Positions 1 to 9,481 of a stretch of 21,593 nucleotides of DNA are shown in pieces. A program made the position numbers and the translations under genes. Position 1 is the stretch's first letter. Each line of letters begins with the position of its first letter. The notes below the pieces were generated by a model, which was not told the DNA's origin, ran no database searches, and worked only from the letters and a program-made list of their open reading frames with translations. This DNA comes from an uncultured Clostridia bacterium (GTDB taxonomy: Bacteria; Bacillota; Clostridia; Christensenellales; Aristaeellaceae). The stretch spans positions 1-21,593 of the forward strand of contig CALGBY010000123.1 of assembly GCA_937886445.1 (NCBI GenBank), in the 5' to 3' direction.

Positions 1-64
1 TGGTAATACTTTCTTAATAAATTTTTAACTATTTTGCAATAAGCGATTGCCCTGAAATGCGTTA

Positions 65-93
65 TTGCGGAACGTTTTACGATATGGTATAAT
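65..93 (+). promoter_or_regulatory. Putative sigma-A promoter for aroK operon (TTGCGG -17 bp- TGgTATAAT extended -10)
   Basis: -35 TTGCGG at 65-70, 17-nt spacer, TG at 85-86, TATAAT at 88-93. It lies about 30 nt upstream of the aroK ATG. Confidence 0.45.
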
Positions 94-124
94 ACAGTAT
101 CAGCAATGAACGGAGCGATGCAAC

Positions 125-646
125 ATGCTGAAGCTGCACATTTTTCTGGTTGGTATGGCCGGAGCGGGAAAAACAAGTCTTGGAAAAAAGATCGCGCAGA
201 ATCTCGGGATCGAATTTGTCGATACAGATCAGCGTATCAGTGAAATTTTCGGTATGTCTATCGGCGAGATTTTTTCCTCCTTTGGTGAGGAGCTGTTCAG
301 AAACGCCGAGACCGGCGTGCTTGCCGATCTTGTAAGCCGCCCTCCCTGTATCGTTTCCACCGGAGGAGGCATGTGCAATCTGCCTGAAAATGTCGCGATC
401 ATGCGCAACCACGGAGTGATCGTGCATATCGACAGGCCTATTGACCAGATCATCAGTGACATCAGGATGGAAAAAAGGCCGAATCTGGCCGGCGGCAGCC
501 ATGAGGATGTGATCGATCTGTATAACCGCAGGATCGGCTATTACAGAAACTGTGCGGATTACCGGCTTGATAATTCAAAGGGTTATCTTACCGGTGTACA
601 GAATCTTATCTCTATTGTTGATGAAATCGAAAAAAAATATGTATAG
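125..646 (+). CDS. aroK: Shikimate kinase
   Basis: 173 aa. Walker A GMAGAGKTS at the N-terminus, then FVDTDQ and STGGG motifs typical of shikimate kinases. GGAG about 10 nt upstream of the ATG. Confidence 0.9.
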   Translation: MLKLHIFLVGMAGAGKTSLGKKIAQNLGIEFVDTDQRISEIFGMSIGEIFSSFGEELFRNAETGVLADLVSRPPCIVSTGGGMCNLPENVAIMRNHGVIVHIDRPIDQIISDIRMEKRPNLAGGSHEDVIDLYNRRIGYYRNCADYRLDNSKGYLTGVQNLISIVDEIEKKYV

Positions 647-661
647 TCGGAGGATCATTGT

Positions 662-1177
662 ATGGAACATCCTGTATTCGTGATCACAATGGAAGACGGA
701 AACACAATGAAAGGAGAACTCTATCCTGAGTATGCTCCCATATCTGTCGGCAACTTTATTTCTCTTGCCAACAGCGGATTTTATGACGGAAAAATCTTTC
801 ACCGTGTGATCCCCGGATTTATGATACAGGGCGGATGCCCTGAAGGAACCGGGCGCGGCGGCCCCGGTTACCGTATCCGCGGTGAATTTGTTCTAAACGG
901 TGTGAACAATCCGCTTAAGCACACTTACGGCATCCTCAGCATGGCGAGATCAAGCCATCCCGATTCCGCCGGCAGTCAGTTTTTCATCATGACCAGCAAC
1001 AGCCCTCATCTTGACGGAAGCTATGCTGCCTTCGGAAAGGTTACGGAAGGTATGGATGAGGCTGAACGTATCGTAAACAGCGACCACGATATGTACGACA
1101 GGCCGTATCAGGATCAGAGGATCAAATCGATTCATGTAGATACTTTCGGAAAGGAGTACCCTTTCGCTAAGCTATGA
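662..1177 (+). CDS. ppiB: Peptidyl-prolyl cis-trans isomerase, cyclophilin type
   Basis: 171 aa. Cyclophilin motifs FHRVIPGFMIQGG and SMARS..PDSAGSQFFI. GGAGGA RBS at 649-654. Confidence 0.9.
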   Translation: MEHPVFVITMEDGNTMKGELYPEYAPISVGNFISLANSGFYDGKIFHRVIPGFMIQGGCPEGTGRGGPGYRIRGEFVLNGVNNPLKHTYGILSMARSSHPDSAGSQFFIMTSNSPHLDGSYAAFGKVTEGMDEAERIVNSDHDMYDRPYQDQRIKSIHVDTFGKEYPFAKL

Positions 1178-1455
1178 TCAATACCAAAAAAACATACACG
1201 ATCAAGATCGCGGGCAAGGATTATACACTGTCGACCGATGATCCACCCGAGCTTGTCCATCGTGTGGCTGTATACACGGATCGAAAGATCAATGAAGCGT
1301 CAGCGGGCGGGCTTATCGCCAAAGACAGAGCGACGGTGTTTGCCTGCCTTGCGCTTGCGGAAGAACTGTTGAGCGTGCAGGATGACAATACGCGTCTCAG
1401 GCGGGAGCTTTATCAATTGCGCTCACAGGATACGGAAAGTCAGGCAAAAATATGA
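1174..1455 (+). CDS. zapA: Cell division protein ZapA-like
   Basis: 93 aa. N-terminal YTIKIAGKDYTLSTDD followed by a helical, coiled-coil-like tail, as in ZapA/YshA. ATGA start/stop overlap with ppiB. Confidence 0.7.
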   Translation: MINTKKTYTIKIAGKDYTLSTDDPPELVHRVAVYTDRKINEASAGGLIAKDRATVFACLALAEELLSVQDDNTRLRRELYQLRSQDTESQAKI

Positions 1456-3827
1456 ATAATCCATCCGGCAGAATCGAATTGCTGTCTCCTGCCGGCAATA
1501 TGGAAGCCGTCAGGGCAGCCGTATGCAACGGTGCGGATGCTGTCTATCTTGGGGCGGCTTCTTTTGGTGCGCGGAGCAGTGCGGGCTTTGACAGAGAAAC
1601 ACTCGAAGAGGCGATTTCCTTCTGCCATCTTATGAAACGCCGTGTATACATAACCGTAAATACGCTCATCAAGGAAAAAGAGCTTGATGAGGTGATCCGT
1701 ACGGCAGGTATGCTGAGAGATCTTCATGCCGACGCGCTGATCATTCAGGACATCGGTCTGTATAATGCGATAAGGGATCGTTATCCGGATATACGGCTTC
1801 ACTTAAGTACTCAGATGACGCTCCATAACAGATGCGGAGCGGAATTTGCCAAAGAAATCGGTGCGGACCGGCTGGTTCTCGCCAGAGAATGTGATATCGG
1901 GACGATCCGCTCTGTATGCGGGCTTGGTATCGAAACAGAAGTGTTCGTTCACGGAGCACTATGTGTATGTGTAAGCGGTCAATGTCTCTTTTCCTCGTCG
2001 ATCGGTTCAAGAAGCGGCAACAGAGGAAGGTGTGCACAGCCCTGCAGAATGGACTATCTCCTTAACGGCAAAAAAGGCGCGTGGCTGTCTCCGCGTGATC
2101 TTTGTCTCAGAGACAGGATCCCCGAATTGATCGACGCAGGAGTTTCTTCGTTGAAAATTGAGGGGCGATTGAAGCGTCCGGAGTATGTTGCCATTGTGAC
2201 TGCAGCCTACCGAAAGGCGATAGACAGCGTTTATGAGGGGCATTTCAGAAAAGCGGACGGTATCGAGCAGGAGGAATTACGCCAGATCTTTTCCAGAGGC
2301 GGCTTTACCGAAGGATACGCGTTTGGTAAGGAAGATGCCGATATCGTTTATAAAGACCGTGTAACAAGCGAAGGTGTAGTTATCGGAACGATCGGCAGAA
2401 CAGTAAAAACAAAAAACGCGCTGCTTGCGGAATTCGTACCTGATAAAGAGCTTCATAACGGAGACTATCTTGAGATCGGTGATCAAAATATCATATACAG
2501 CGGCCCCGATGCTTTGCCAGGCAGCAAGGTGCTTCTCAGAATGCACGAAAAGCCCATACAGTCTGCGCAGGTGCGCAGGCTGCAGGATGGACGGCAGCTT
2601 GAAAATGCGCAAAAGACCTATGAAAACTGTGATAAACTGACATCATGTCAGATCCCGTTTGACGCGGTATTCAGGGCTGTTCCGAATGAGAGGATGTCTC
2701 TCAGCGTATCAGACGGAATATCGTCCTTTACGGTTTACGGTGATGTTCCGGAGCCTGCTCTGAAACGTGAAGCCGACCGGAAAAGTATCCATGACAGCCT
2801 AAGCAAGTGCGGCGGCACCTTTTTCGAACTGAGTTCTCTTTCCGTTGCTGTTGATCATGTATATATTCCCGTAAAAAGCATCAATGAAATGAGAAGGCAG
2901 GCGCTTGAAGGACTGAGAGCGCAGCGAATACGGCAATTTGAGAGAAGCAGTATTCGTACCGATAAGTATGAGAACCCTTACAGAAAATGCAGGAATGCTC
3001 CCTCTGAAAAACAGTTATTTGTTTCAACATATACTCCGGGTGCGCTTAAAGGTCTGAAGGCAGCCGGTGCGGACAGGATCATATTCATGCCGCGCGATTA
3101 CCGCGGGGAAGCACTTGATCGTGTCCTTTCTCAGTATGCTGAAGAGGGAATGTATCTTGCTCTTCCTGTCTTCTGTACAGACGGTGATATCACAAGTATA
3201 CTGGATAAGGTGCGCAAATACAAACTGCAGCCCGCTTATCAGAATATCGGTCAACTGCGATTCGCACATGAATTTCCGGGAGGGATCGCGCTTGAATCAC
3301 TGCCGGTATTCAACAGCTTATCATCCGGTTTTCTGACGAACGGTTTATGCGATTATGCGACTGTTTCTTGCGAATTGATACAAAGTGAGATTGATGATCT
3401 TGCGCGTGAAGGGAATGGCCGGCTTATGCTGCGCTGCTACGGAAGAACCAGATTGATGACGCTCAGCCATTGTCCTGTCAGAACAGAGGAAAAGCTGTCA
3501 AGCGGTAAAAAGCACTGTACGATGTGTGAAGCCGGATGCGGTACGGATTCAGCTTCCTTTACGGATATGTTTTCCGCCTCCTATCCCCTGCTCCCGGTAC
3601 GTCTGAACGACTATTGCAGGATCAATCTGATGCATTCCAAAACGACGGATCTTTCTCAGTATCTGTCTGATATTCTGAAATCCGGTATTTCTCCGCAGCT
3701 TGCTTTCAGTACGGAGTCTGTTGATGAACAGCTTGAGATCACATCCGTTTTCAAAAAAATGATGGACAGCCGGATTTCATCACATTTGACTGCCTATACA
3801 GGTCATTTCAGACAGATGACCGATTGA
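1452..3827 (+). CDS. Peptidase U32 family protein (long form; family also includes Fe-S dependent O2-independent hydroxylases)
   Basis: 791 aa. EVFVHGALCVCVSGQCLFS matches the U32 signature pattern E-x-F-x2-G-[SA]-[LIVM]-C-x4-G-x-C-x-[LIVM]-S. It is followed by RCAQPCR. ATGA overlap with zapA. Confidence 0.85.
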   Translation: MNNPSGRIELLSPAGNMEAVRAAVCNGADAVYLGAASFGARSSAGFDRETLEEAISFCHLMKRRVYITVNTLIKEKELDEVIRTAGMLRDLHADALIIQDIGLYNAIRDRYPDIRLHLSTQMTLHNRCGAEFAKEIGADRLVLARECDIGTIRSVCGLGIETEVFVHGALCVCVSGQCLFSSSIGSRSGNRGRCAQPCRMDYLLNGKKGAWLSPRDLCLRDRIPELIDAGVSSLKIEGRLKRPEYVAIVTAAYRKAIDSVYEGHFRKADGIEQEELRQIFSRGGFTEGYAFGKEDADIVYKDRVTSEGVVIGTIGRTVKTKNALLAEFVPDKELHNGDYLEIGDQNIIYSGPDALPGSKVLLRMHEKPIQSAQVRRLQDGRQLENAQKTYENCDKLTSCQIPFDAVFRAVPNERMSLSVSDGISSFTVYGDVPEPALKREADRKSIHDSLSKCGGTFFELSSLSVAVDHVYIPVKSINEMRRQALEGLRAQRIRQFERSSIRTDKYENPYRKCRNAPSEKQLFVSTYTPGALKGLKAAGADRIIFMPRDYRGEALDRVLSQYAEEGMYLALPVFCTDGDITSILDKVRKYKLQPAYQNIGQLRFAHEFPGGIALESLPVFNSLSSGFLTNGLCDYATVSCELIQSEIDDLAREGNGRLMLRCYGRTRLMTLSHCPVRTEEKLSSGKKHCTMCEAGCGTDSASFTDMFSASYPLLPVRLNDYCRINLMHSKTTDLSQYLSDILKSGISPQLAFSTESVDEQLEITSVFKKMMDSRISSHLTAYTGHFRQMTD

Positions 3828-3882
3828 TTTTTCACTATTTATGAAAACTGTGTAAATAAACCGTTAACAATCCTGATAATGA

Positions 3883-3911
3883 TTGCAATTTTCTTCATAG
3901 TTTATTATGAT
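3883..3911 (+). promoter_or_regulatory. Possible sigma-A promoter upstream of mutS2 (TTGCAA -17- TATGAT)
   Basis: TTGCAA at 3883-3888, 17-nt spacer, TATGAT at 3906-3911. Caveat: the predicted start would sit almost on the GGAGG RBS (3918-3922), giving a very short leader. Confidence 0.3.
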
Positions 3912-3928
3912 TCCGGCGGAGGTGCATT

Positions 3929-6283
3929 ATGAACGAACGTGCTCTGAGAGTACTTGAATTTGTCAAAGTACGTGATATGCTTTCAAAATACGCTATTTCA
4001 GACAAGGGCAAGGAATACTGTTCCTCGCTTATTCCCTCATCGGAATTTTCTGAAGTACAGAAACAGCTGAACTATACCGATGAAGCGGTCGTGATCCTGA
4101 CCTATATGGGTTCCGATCCGCTGATCGGCTTTGAGAGCATTGAGGATGCGGTATCTCTTTCGGAAAAAGGCGCTGTTTTGACTCCCAGAATGCTTTTGAA
4201 CATTTCCGGCAGCCTGAGAGCTGCGAGATGTGCCAGGGCCGCTTTGGTAACAGAGCGTGAGAATACGCCACTCATCACATCCATAGCTTCTCAGCTTGTT
4301 ACATTGCGGCAGCTTGAACAGGACATCGAGGATACTGTGCTTTCTGAAGAGGAGATCGCAGACAGCGCTTCTCCGGCTCTCGGAGATATCCGCAGACATA
4401 TCCGGCAGGCGAACGAAAAGATCCGCGAACGGCTGAACCAGATGGCTCACGGCGCACAATATTCAAAATACCTGATGGAGGCAATCGTTACCGTTCGAAA
4501 CGGGAGATATGTTTTGCCCGTAAAGGCGGAATGCCGTCAGAATGTACCCGGACTGGTTCATGATACATCCTCGACTGGTGCAACATTGTTTGTTGAACCT
4601 CTTGCTGTTGTGGAACTGGGAAACGATCTGAAGAGCTGGAAAGCAAAAGAAAAGGAAGAGATCGACCGTATACTGCAGGCACTGTCATCTGAGGTGGCGG
4701 ATAATGCAGGCATCCTTACAAGGAATACCGAGATCCTTGCAAGGCTGGATTTCATTTTTGCCAAGGCAAAGCTGGCCAGAGAAATGGAAGCCGTAAAACC
4801 GGAGATCAATGATAAAGGACAAATTCGACTTGTACGCGTGCGTCATCCCCTGATCGACAGGGAAAAGATCGTCCCCTGTGATCTGTGGTTGGGTGAGGAT
4901 TTTAACGGCCTGATCATTACGGGACCCAATACTGGCGGCAAAACCGTTACACTGAAAACGATCGGCTTAATGACTTTGATGGCGCAGTCCGGGATGCATA
5001 TCCCCGGCGATATCGGTACGAAATTAAGCATTTTCCGTGAAGTATATGCCGATATCGGTGATGAGCAGAGTATAGAGCAATCCCTTTCCACATTCTCATC
5101 ACACATGAAAAACATTACATCCATCATGAATTCCTGTACAGAAAAGGATCTTGTTCTTTTTGACGAGCTCGGAGCGGGTACTGATCCCATTGAGGGCGCG
5201 GCACTTGCACAGGCGATACTGGACCGGCTGATCAAAAAAGGTGTACGGGTCGCCGCAACGACACACTACAGTGAATTGAAGGTATATGCGCTCACCGCAA
5301 AAGGCGTAGAAAACGCGAGCGTGGAGTTTGACGTATCTACGCTCAGGCCTACCTACCGCCTGTCTATCGGCGTTCCCGGCAAATCCAATGCCTTTGAAAT
5401 CAGCAGAAAACTCGGGCTGGAGGAAAGCCTGATAGATGACGCGAAAAAACTGCTCAAACATGAAGCAGTCGCTTTTGAGGATGTTATTGCGAATGCGGAG
5501 TATCACAGGCAGATCGCAGAACGGGAGCGCAAACTGGCAGAAGAAGCAAGAAAAGAAACGGTTTCACTTCGAAATGAAGCTGAGCGTCTATACCGCGATA
5601 TGGAAGAAAAGCGTTCGGAAAGTACGCGTAAAGCAAAGGAAGAAGCACGCCGGATCATTGAAAAAGCGAAACGCGACAGCGATATGATCGTTTCGGAACT
5701 GAAACGCATGAAGAAGAACTCAAATATTCCCGATCATGAGATCAACGCGCTCAGAAAGCAAATGAATGATCAGATGGATGCCTATGCGGATCAGGCGGGT
5801 GTTTCCGGAAAGCGGCCGTTAAATTCTCCGGATGAAGTAAAGAACGGTGATATGGTTCAGATCATTTCTCTGGGTACAAAGGCGTCTGTAATTTCCACTG
5901 CTGACGCAAAAGGAGAAATCCAGGTGCAGGCCGGTATCATGAAAATGAAGATCCATTACAGTAATCTGTCACTTCTTCATGAAAAAAAGGAAAAACAGAC
6001 ATCTTCTTTCCACGCGGAAACAGGTCAGCAGCAGAGAACAGTCAGCATGCGCTGTGACCTCAGGGGCATGAACCTTGAGGAAGCGATCGCTGAAGTGGAC
6101 CGTTATATGGATGAAGCAGTGCTGGCAGGCTTAAACGAGGTAACGATCGTTCACGGTAAGGGCATGGGGATATTGAGGACCGGTATACAGCAGCATTTGA
6201 AAAAGCATATGCACGTAGCATCTTTCCGCCTTGGTGTATTCGGTGAAGGAGAAGACGGCGTTTCCATTGTCACTTTGAAGTAA
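3929..6283 (+). CDS. mutS2: Endonuclease MutS2 (MutS-family ATPase with C-terminal Smr domain)
   Basis: 784 aa. Walker A GPNTGGKT, DELGAGTDP, a long charged coiled-coil region, and a C-terminal Smr-like LRGMNLEEA...IVHGKGMGILR. GGAGG RBS. Confidence 0.93.
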   Translation: MNERALRVLEFVKVRDMLSKYAISDKGKEYCSSLIPSSEFSEVQKQLNYTDEAVVILTYMGSDPLIGFESIEDAVSLSEKGAVLTPRMLLNISGSLRAARCARAALVTERENTPLITSIASQLVTLRQLEQDIEDTVLSEEEIADSASPALGDIRRHIRQANEKIRERLNQMAHGAQYSKYLMEAIVTVRNGRYVLPVKAECRQNVPGLVHDTSSTGATLFVEPLAVVELGNDLKSWKAKEKEEIDRILQALSSEVADNAGILTRNTEILARLDFIFAKAKLAREMEAVKPEINDKGQIRLVRVRHPLIDREKIVPCDLWLGEDFNGLIITGPNTGGKTVTLKTIGLMTLMAQSGMHIPGDIGTKLSIFREVYADIGDEQSIEQSLSTFSSHMKNITSIMNSCTEKDLVLFDELGAGTDPIEGAALAQAILDRLIKKGVRVAATTHYSELKVYALTAKGVENASVEFDVSTLRPTYRLSIGVPGKSNAFEISRKLGLEESLIDDAKKLLKHEAVAFEDVIANAEYHRQIAERERKLAEEARKETVSLRNEAERLYRDMEEKRSESTRKAKEEARRIIEKAKRDSDMIVSELKRMKKNSNIPDHEINALRKQMNDQMDAYADQAGVSGKRPLNSPDEVKNGDMVQIISLGTKASVISTADAKGEIQVQAGIMKMKIHYSNLSLLHEKKEKQTSSFHAETGQQQRTVSMRCDLRGMNLEEAIAEVDRYMDEAVLAGLNEVTIVHGKGMGILRTGIQQHLKKHMHVASFRLGVFGEGEDGVSIVTLK

Positions 6284-6303
6284 GTTATTCCGGAGAGGTC
6301 AGT

Positions 6304-6993
6304 ATGAACGATAAACAGACGATCCTTGTTGTTGATGATGACCCTAATATATCGAATCTGATCAGACTGTATCTTGAAAAAGAGGGATACGGTGTTGTTA
6401 TCAGGGAACGCGGAGATGACGCGCTGCAGTATTTTGCAACCGATCCCCCGTCTCTTGTTCTTCTTGATCTGATGCTCCCGGGTACGGACGGATGGCAGGT
6501 TTGCCGCTCAATTCGACAGGTAAGCTCCATTCCGATCATCATGATCAGTGCTAAGGATGAGACATTTGACAAGGTGCTCGGGCTTGAACTGGGAGCGGAT
6601 GATTATATTACCAAACCCTTTGAAGGAAAAGAACTCGTAGCGCGTGTGAAAGCCGTACTGAGGCGGTGTACAAGCGCATCGAACGACAAAAAGATGCTCT
6701 CTTTCCCCGGGCTTACTGTGAGCATTGAAAAGTACGAGGTATATTATCAGGGCAAACTGATAGAAATGCCGCCCAAGGAGCTGGAGGTCCTTTACTTTCT
6801 GGCTTCTCACCCGAACAGTGTATTTACACGAGAACAATTGCTTGAGCAGGTTTGGGGCTTTGAATTTTACGGAGACAGCAGAACTGTGGATGTGCATGTA
6901 AAACGCCTCAGGGAAAAGCTTACTGATACCGAAGCACTTGGCTGGCAGATCAAAACTGTTTGGGGCGTGGGCTACAAATTTGAAGCAAGATAA
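6304..6993 (+). CDS. OmpR/PhoB-family DNA-binding response regulator
   Basis: 229 aa. Receiver domain (VVDDD, acceptor Asp in LLDLMLPG, ITKPF) plus winged-helix output (TVDVHVKRLREKL, VWGVGYKF). Confidence 0.92.
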   Translation: MNDKQTILVVDDDPNISNLIRLYLEKEGYGVVIRERGDDALQYFATDPPSLVLLDLMLPGTDGWQVCRSIRQVSSIPIIMISAKDETFDKVLGLELGADDYITKPFEGKELVARVKAVLRRCTSASNDKKMLSFPGLTVSIEKYEVYYQGKLIEMPPKELEVLYFLASHPNSVFTREQLLEQVWGFEFYGDSRTVDVHVKRLREKLTDTEALGWQIKTVWGVGYKFEAR

Positions 6994-7014
6994 GCACAGC
7001 TTTCGGAGAATGCC

Positions 7015-8616
7015 ATGAAGAAAAGCATGTTTACATATATTTTTATATTGCTTCTTGCCTTATCGCTTGTTCTTACTGTGTCGCTTTCCGTTCTCTATTA
7101 CTATTCCTCTGGGCGCTCGCAGGTACGGATCAGGATGAGCCAGTTGGAAAAAGAGGCGGAAGAGCTTGCTGATATGAGCAAAAATAAAAGAACGGCTTCT
7201 GATAACTCGGTCAGTACAGATGATATTCCTTTCCTTTTTCCCACGGTACCGGGCATCGGAAGACGCGGCCGTTACAGCCGCGGAAGATCGTCTCTTTCAT
7301 ATAATTATGAAGAGACATCCGAAGCGCATATTCATCAGCAATATATCGAAAAGAAAGTACAGTATATTCACGATGAATACTCAGCCTATACGATCCTGGC
7401 CTATGCCGATCCGGATTCAAATAAGCTGTATTCTGTTATATATTCCTCGCCTGATCTTTCTGAAAATGAAGTAAAGGAACAGATCGCATTCTATACCGAC
7501 AATAATTATCATCTTCGCCTGATGCAGGGAGACCGTATCACCGAACAGGTCTCATCTTCAGAAGGAACGATATTCACGATCGGCGTTCCGATCACCATAA
7601 AGCATGAGATTGCCGGCGGTGTATTTATCCATACTTCTGCACAGGTATTTCAGTCCATATATTCAGGACTGATTCCGACAACGGCAGCAATAATGACCGG
7701 TGTTTTCCTTCTGTCGGCAATTGCCGCTTTCTTTCTGGCAAAATATATAACGAAGCCTTTGGCAAGTATTGCGACAACAGCCGTAAAAATGCAGAATGGT
7801 GATTATTCCGCTCGTGCTCCCATAAACACCGGAAGTAAAGAAATACACGATCTTGCCCGCTCCTTTAATGATATGGCGGTCCAGATCCAGTATACAGACC
7901 AAACCCGCAGTGATTTCGTGGCGAATGTTTCTCATGAACTGAAAAGCCCTGTTACCAGTATACAGGGGTATGCTGAAGGAATGCTGGACGGAACGATCAG
8001 TGATGATAGCGAAAAAAGAAAGTATCTGCAGATCATTACAGATGAAACACACCGGTTGACAAAACTGATCAACAGTCTGCTTAGCCTTTCCCGCCTTGAA
8101 AGGGCCGAAGAAACACTGAAAATTTCAGACTTTGATCTGTGTGAAACTGTGCGTCGCGTGATCATTTCAAAGGTTGCCGATATTGAAAGAAAGAAGCTTG
8201 AGATAGATCCGTTGCTTTCGGATGAAGGAATATTTGTTTCCGCGGATAAAGACATGATCGAGCGTGTGCTGATCAATCTTCTTGACAATGCTATAAAGTA
8301 TACAGACGAAGGCGGAAAAATCACGCTGGAGGTAAAAAAGGAAAAGCCTGCAGTAATATTCCGGATATCTGATAACGGTATCGGTATACCCGAAGAAGAT
8401 ATCCCCTTTATCTTTGAACGGTTTTATATGGTCGATAAAGCACATACCTCGGGAAAAGGAACAGGACTCGGCCTTGCGATCTGTAAAAAAATAATAGAGA
8501 AGCACGGACAGACGATCAGACTGGTCAACGGAAACGGCGGATGCACATTTGAATTCACGCTTGCCGCCGCACATGGAGGAGAAGATAATGCTGATAAAGG
8601 CGAATGCGAAAATTAA
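7015..8616 (+). CDS. Sensor histidine kinase (two TM segments, extracytoplasmic loop, HAMP, HisKA, HATPase_c)
   Basis: 533 aa. TM1 at about residues 6-30 and TM2 at about 219-245. H-box FVANVSHELKSPV, N-box LLDNAIKYT, G-boxes DNGIGI and GTGLGLAI. Immediately downstream of the response regulator. Confidence 0.9.
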   Translation: MKKSMFTYIFILLLALSLVLTVSLSVLYYYSSGRSQVRIRMSQLEKEAEELADMSKNKRTASDNSVSTDDIPFLFPTVPGIGRRGRYSRGRSSLSYNYEETSEAHIHQQYIEKKVQYIHDEYSAYTILAYADPDSNKLYSVIYSSPDLSENEVKEQIAFYTDNNYHLRLMQGDRITEQVSSSEGTIFTIGVPITIKHEIAGGVFIHTSAQVFQSIYSGLIPTTAAIMTGVFLLSAIAAFFLAKYITKPLASIATTAVKMQNGDYSARAPINTGSKEIHDLARSFNDMAVQIQYTDQTRSDFVANVSHELKSPVTSIQGYAEGMLDGTISDDSEKRKYLQIITDETHRLTKLINSLLSLSRLERAEETLKISDFDLCETVRRVIISKVADIERKKLEIDPLLSDEGIFVSADKDMIERVLINLLDNAIKYTDEGGKITLEVKKEKPAVIFRISDNGIGIPEEDIPFIFERFYMVDKAHTSGKGTGLGLAICKKIIEKHGQTIRLVNGNGGCTFEFTLAAAHGGEDNADKGECEN

Positions 8617-9424
8617 CTGGGCACTGGATGTTACCGGGATCAGAGAAGACGGGTATCATCTTCTGGATATGATCATGCAGAAAATTGATCTCTTTGATAT
8701 TATTGAGATCCTCCCCTGCAGTGAACTGTCCCTGAGGATCGACGGGAACGATGAACTGTCTTCAGGTGAAGACAATCTTGTTATGCGCGCCGCGAGAATA
8801 CTTGATCCGGAGGGTATACACGGGGCTGCTATCCGCCTTGAAAAGCATATACCACAGGGAGCGGGACTTGGCGGAGGAAGCGCAGACGCAGCGGCAGTGT
8901 TGAAAGCGCTGAATGGATATTGGCAGATCGGGCTGTCAGACAGACAGCTGTCTGTTCTCGGCCTGAGGTTGGGAGCGGACATCCCCTACTGCCTGACGGA
9001 TTCACCCGCCCGTGTACAGGGGATCGGTGAAAAGATAATTCCGTTTTCCGTTCCCTGTTCCTTCCCTGTGATCATTGCCATGCCGGATGCCCGCATATCT
9101 ACAAAAGAGGTATATGCGGCCTGGAGCAGTTCGCCGCAGATCCATCCGCCGATTTCCGCCATTATCAGTCAGATGGAAAACGGGTCTTTCTATGATACAT
9201 CCAGTGACACGATCAACGCATTGTATCCTCCGGCTGTGCTGATGTGTGACGAAATCGGAAATATCAGGCAGATGCTTATGAAATACGGGGCTGCAATGGT
9301 TGAAATGACCGGCTCCGGCTCTGTGGTCTACGGGGTATTTGGCAATGAGGAGATCGCTGAAAAGGCATATGGCGAAATGAAGAACCGTGTGCCTTTCTGC
9401 GTCCTCACTCACACCTGCATATAA
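8588..9424 (+). CDS. ispE: 4-diphosphocytidyl-2-C-methyl-D-erythritol kinase
   Basis: GHMP-kinase motif PQGAGLGGGSADAAA. N-terminus MLIKANAKINWALDV is typical of IspE. ATG 8588 is preceded by GGAGGA (8575-8580). The ORF track's upstream ATG 8549 lacks an equivalent RBS. Confidence 0.88.
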   Translation: MLIKANAKINWALDVTGIREDGYHLLDMIMQKIDLFDIIEILPCSELSLRIDGNDELSSGEDNLVMRAARILDPEGIHGAAIRLEKHIPQGAGLGGGSADAAAVLKALNGYWQIGLSDRQLSVLGLRLGADIPYCLTDSPARVQGIGEKIIPFSVPCSFPVIIAMPDARISTKEVYAAWSSSPQIHPPISAIISQMENGSFYDTSSDTINALYPPAVLMCDEIGNIRQMLMKYGAAMVEMTGSGSVVYGVFGNEEIAEKAYGEMKNRVPFCVLTHTCI

Positions 9425-9428
9425 ACAG

Positions 9429-9462
9429 AACTCCGGCAGCCGGCAACATGGCAGTCGGAGTT
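9429..9462. terminator. Bidirectional intrinsic-terminator-like hairpin between convergent ispE and rsmA
   Basis: AACTCCGGCAGCC (9429-9441), loop GGCAACAT, GGCAGTCGGAGTT (9450-9462). 13-bp stem with one mismatch and one G-U. Weak T/A-rich flanks on both sides. Confidence 0.55.
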
Positions 9463-9481
9463 CCCTTATTGAACCTTTGTT

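Noticed and set aside
7252-7293. Arg/Gly/Ser-rich tract GIGRRGRYSRGRSS in the predicted extracytoplasmic loop of the histidine kinase
   Set aside because: It is a short low-complexity patch with no independent evidence of function. It may simply be linker sequence.
8549-8587. Upstream ATG giving a 291-aa IspE
   Set aside because: The extra 13 residues (MNSRLPPHMEEKI) are not IspE-like. The GGAGGA RBS sits inside them and serves ATG 8588.
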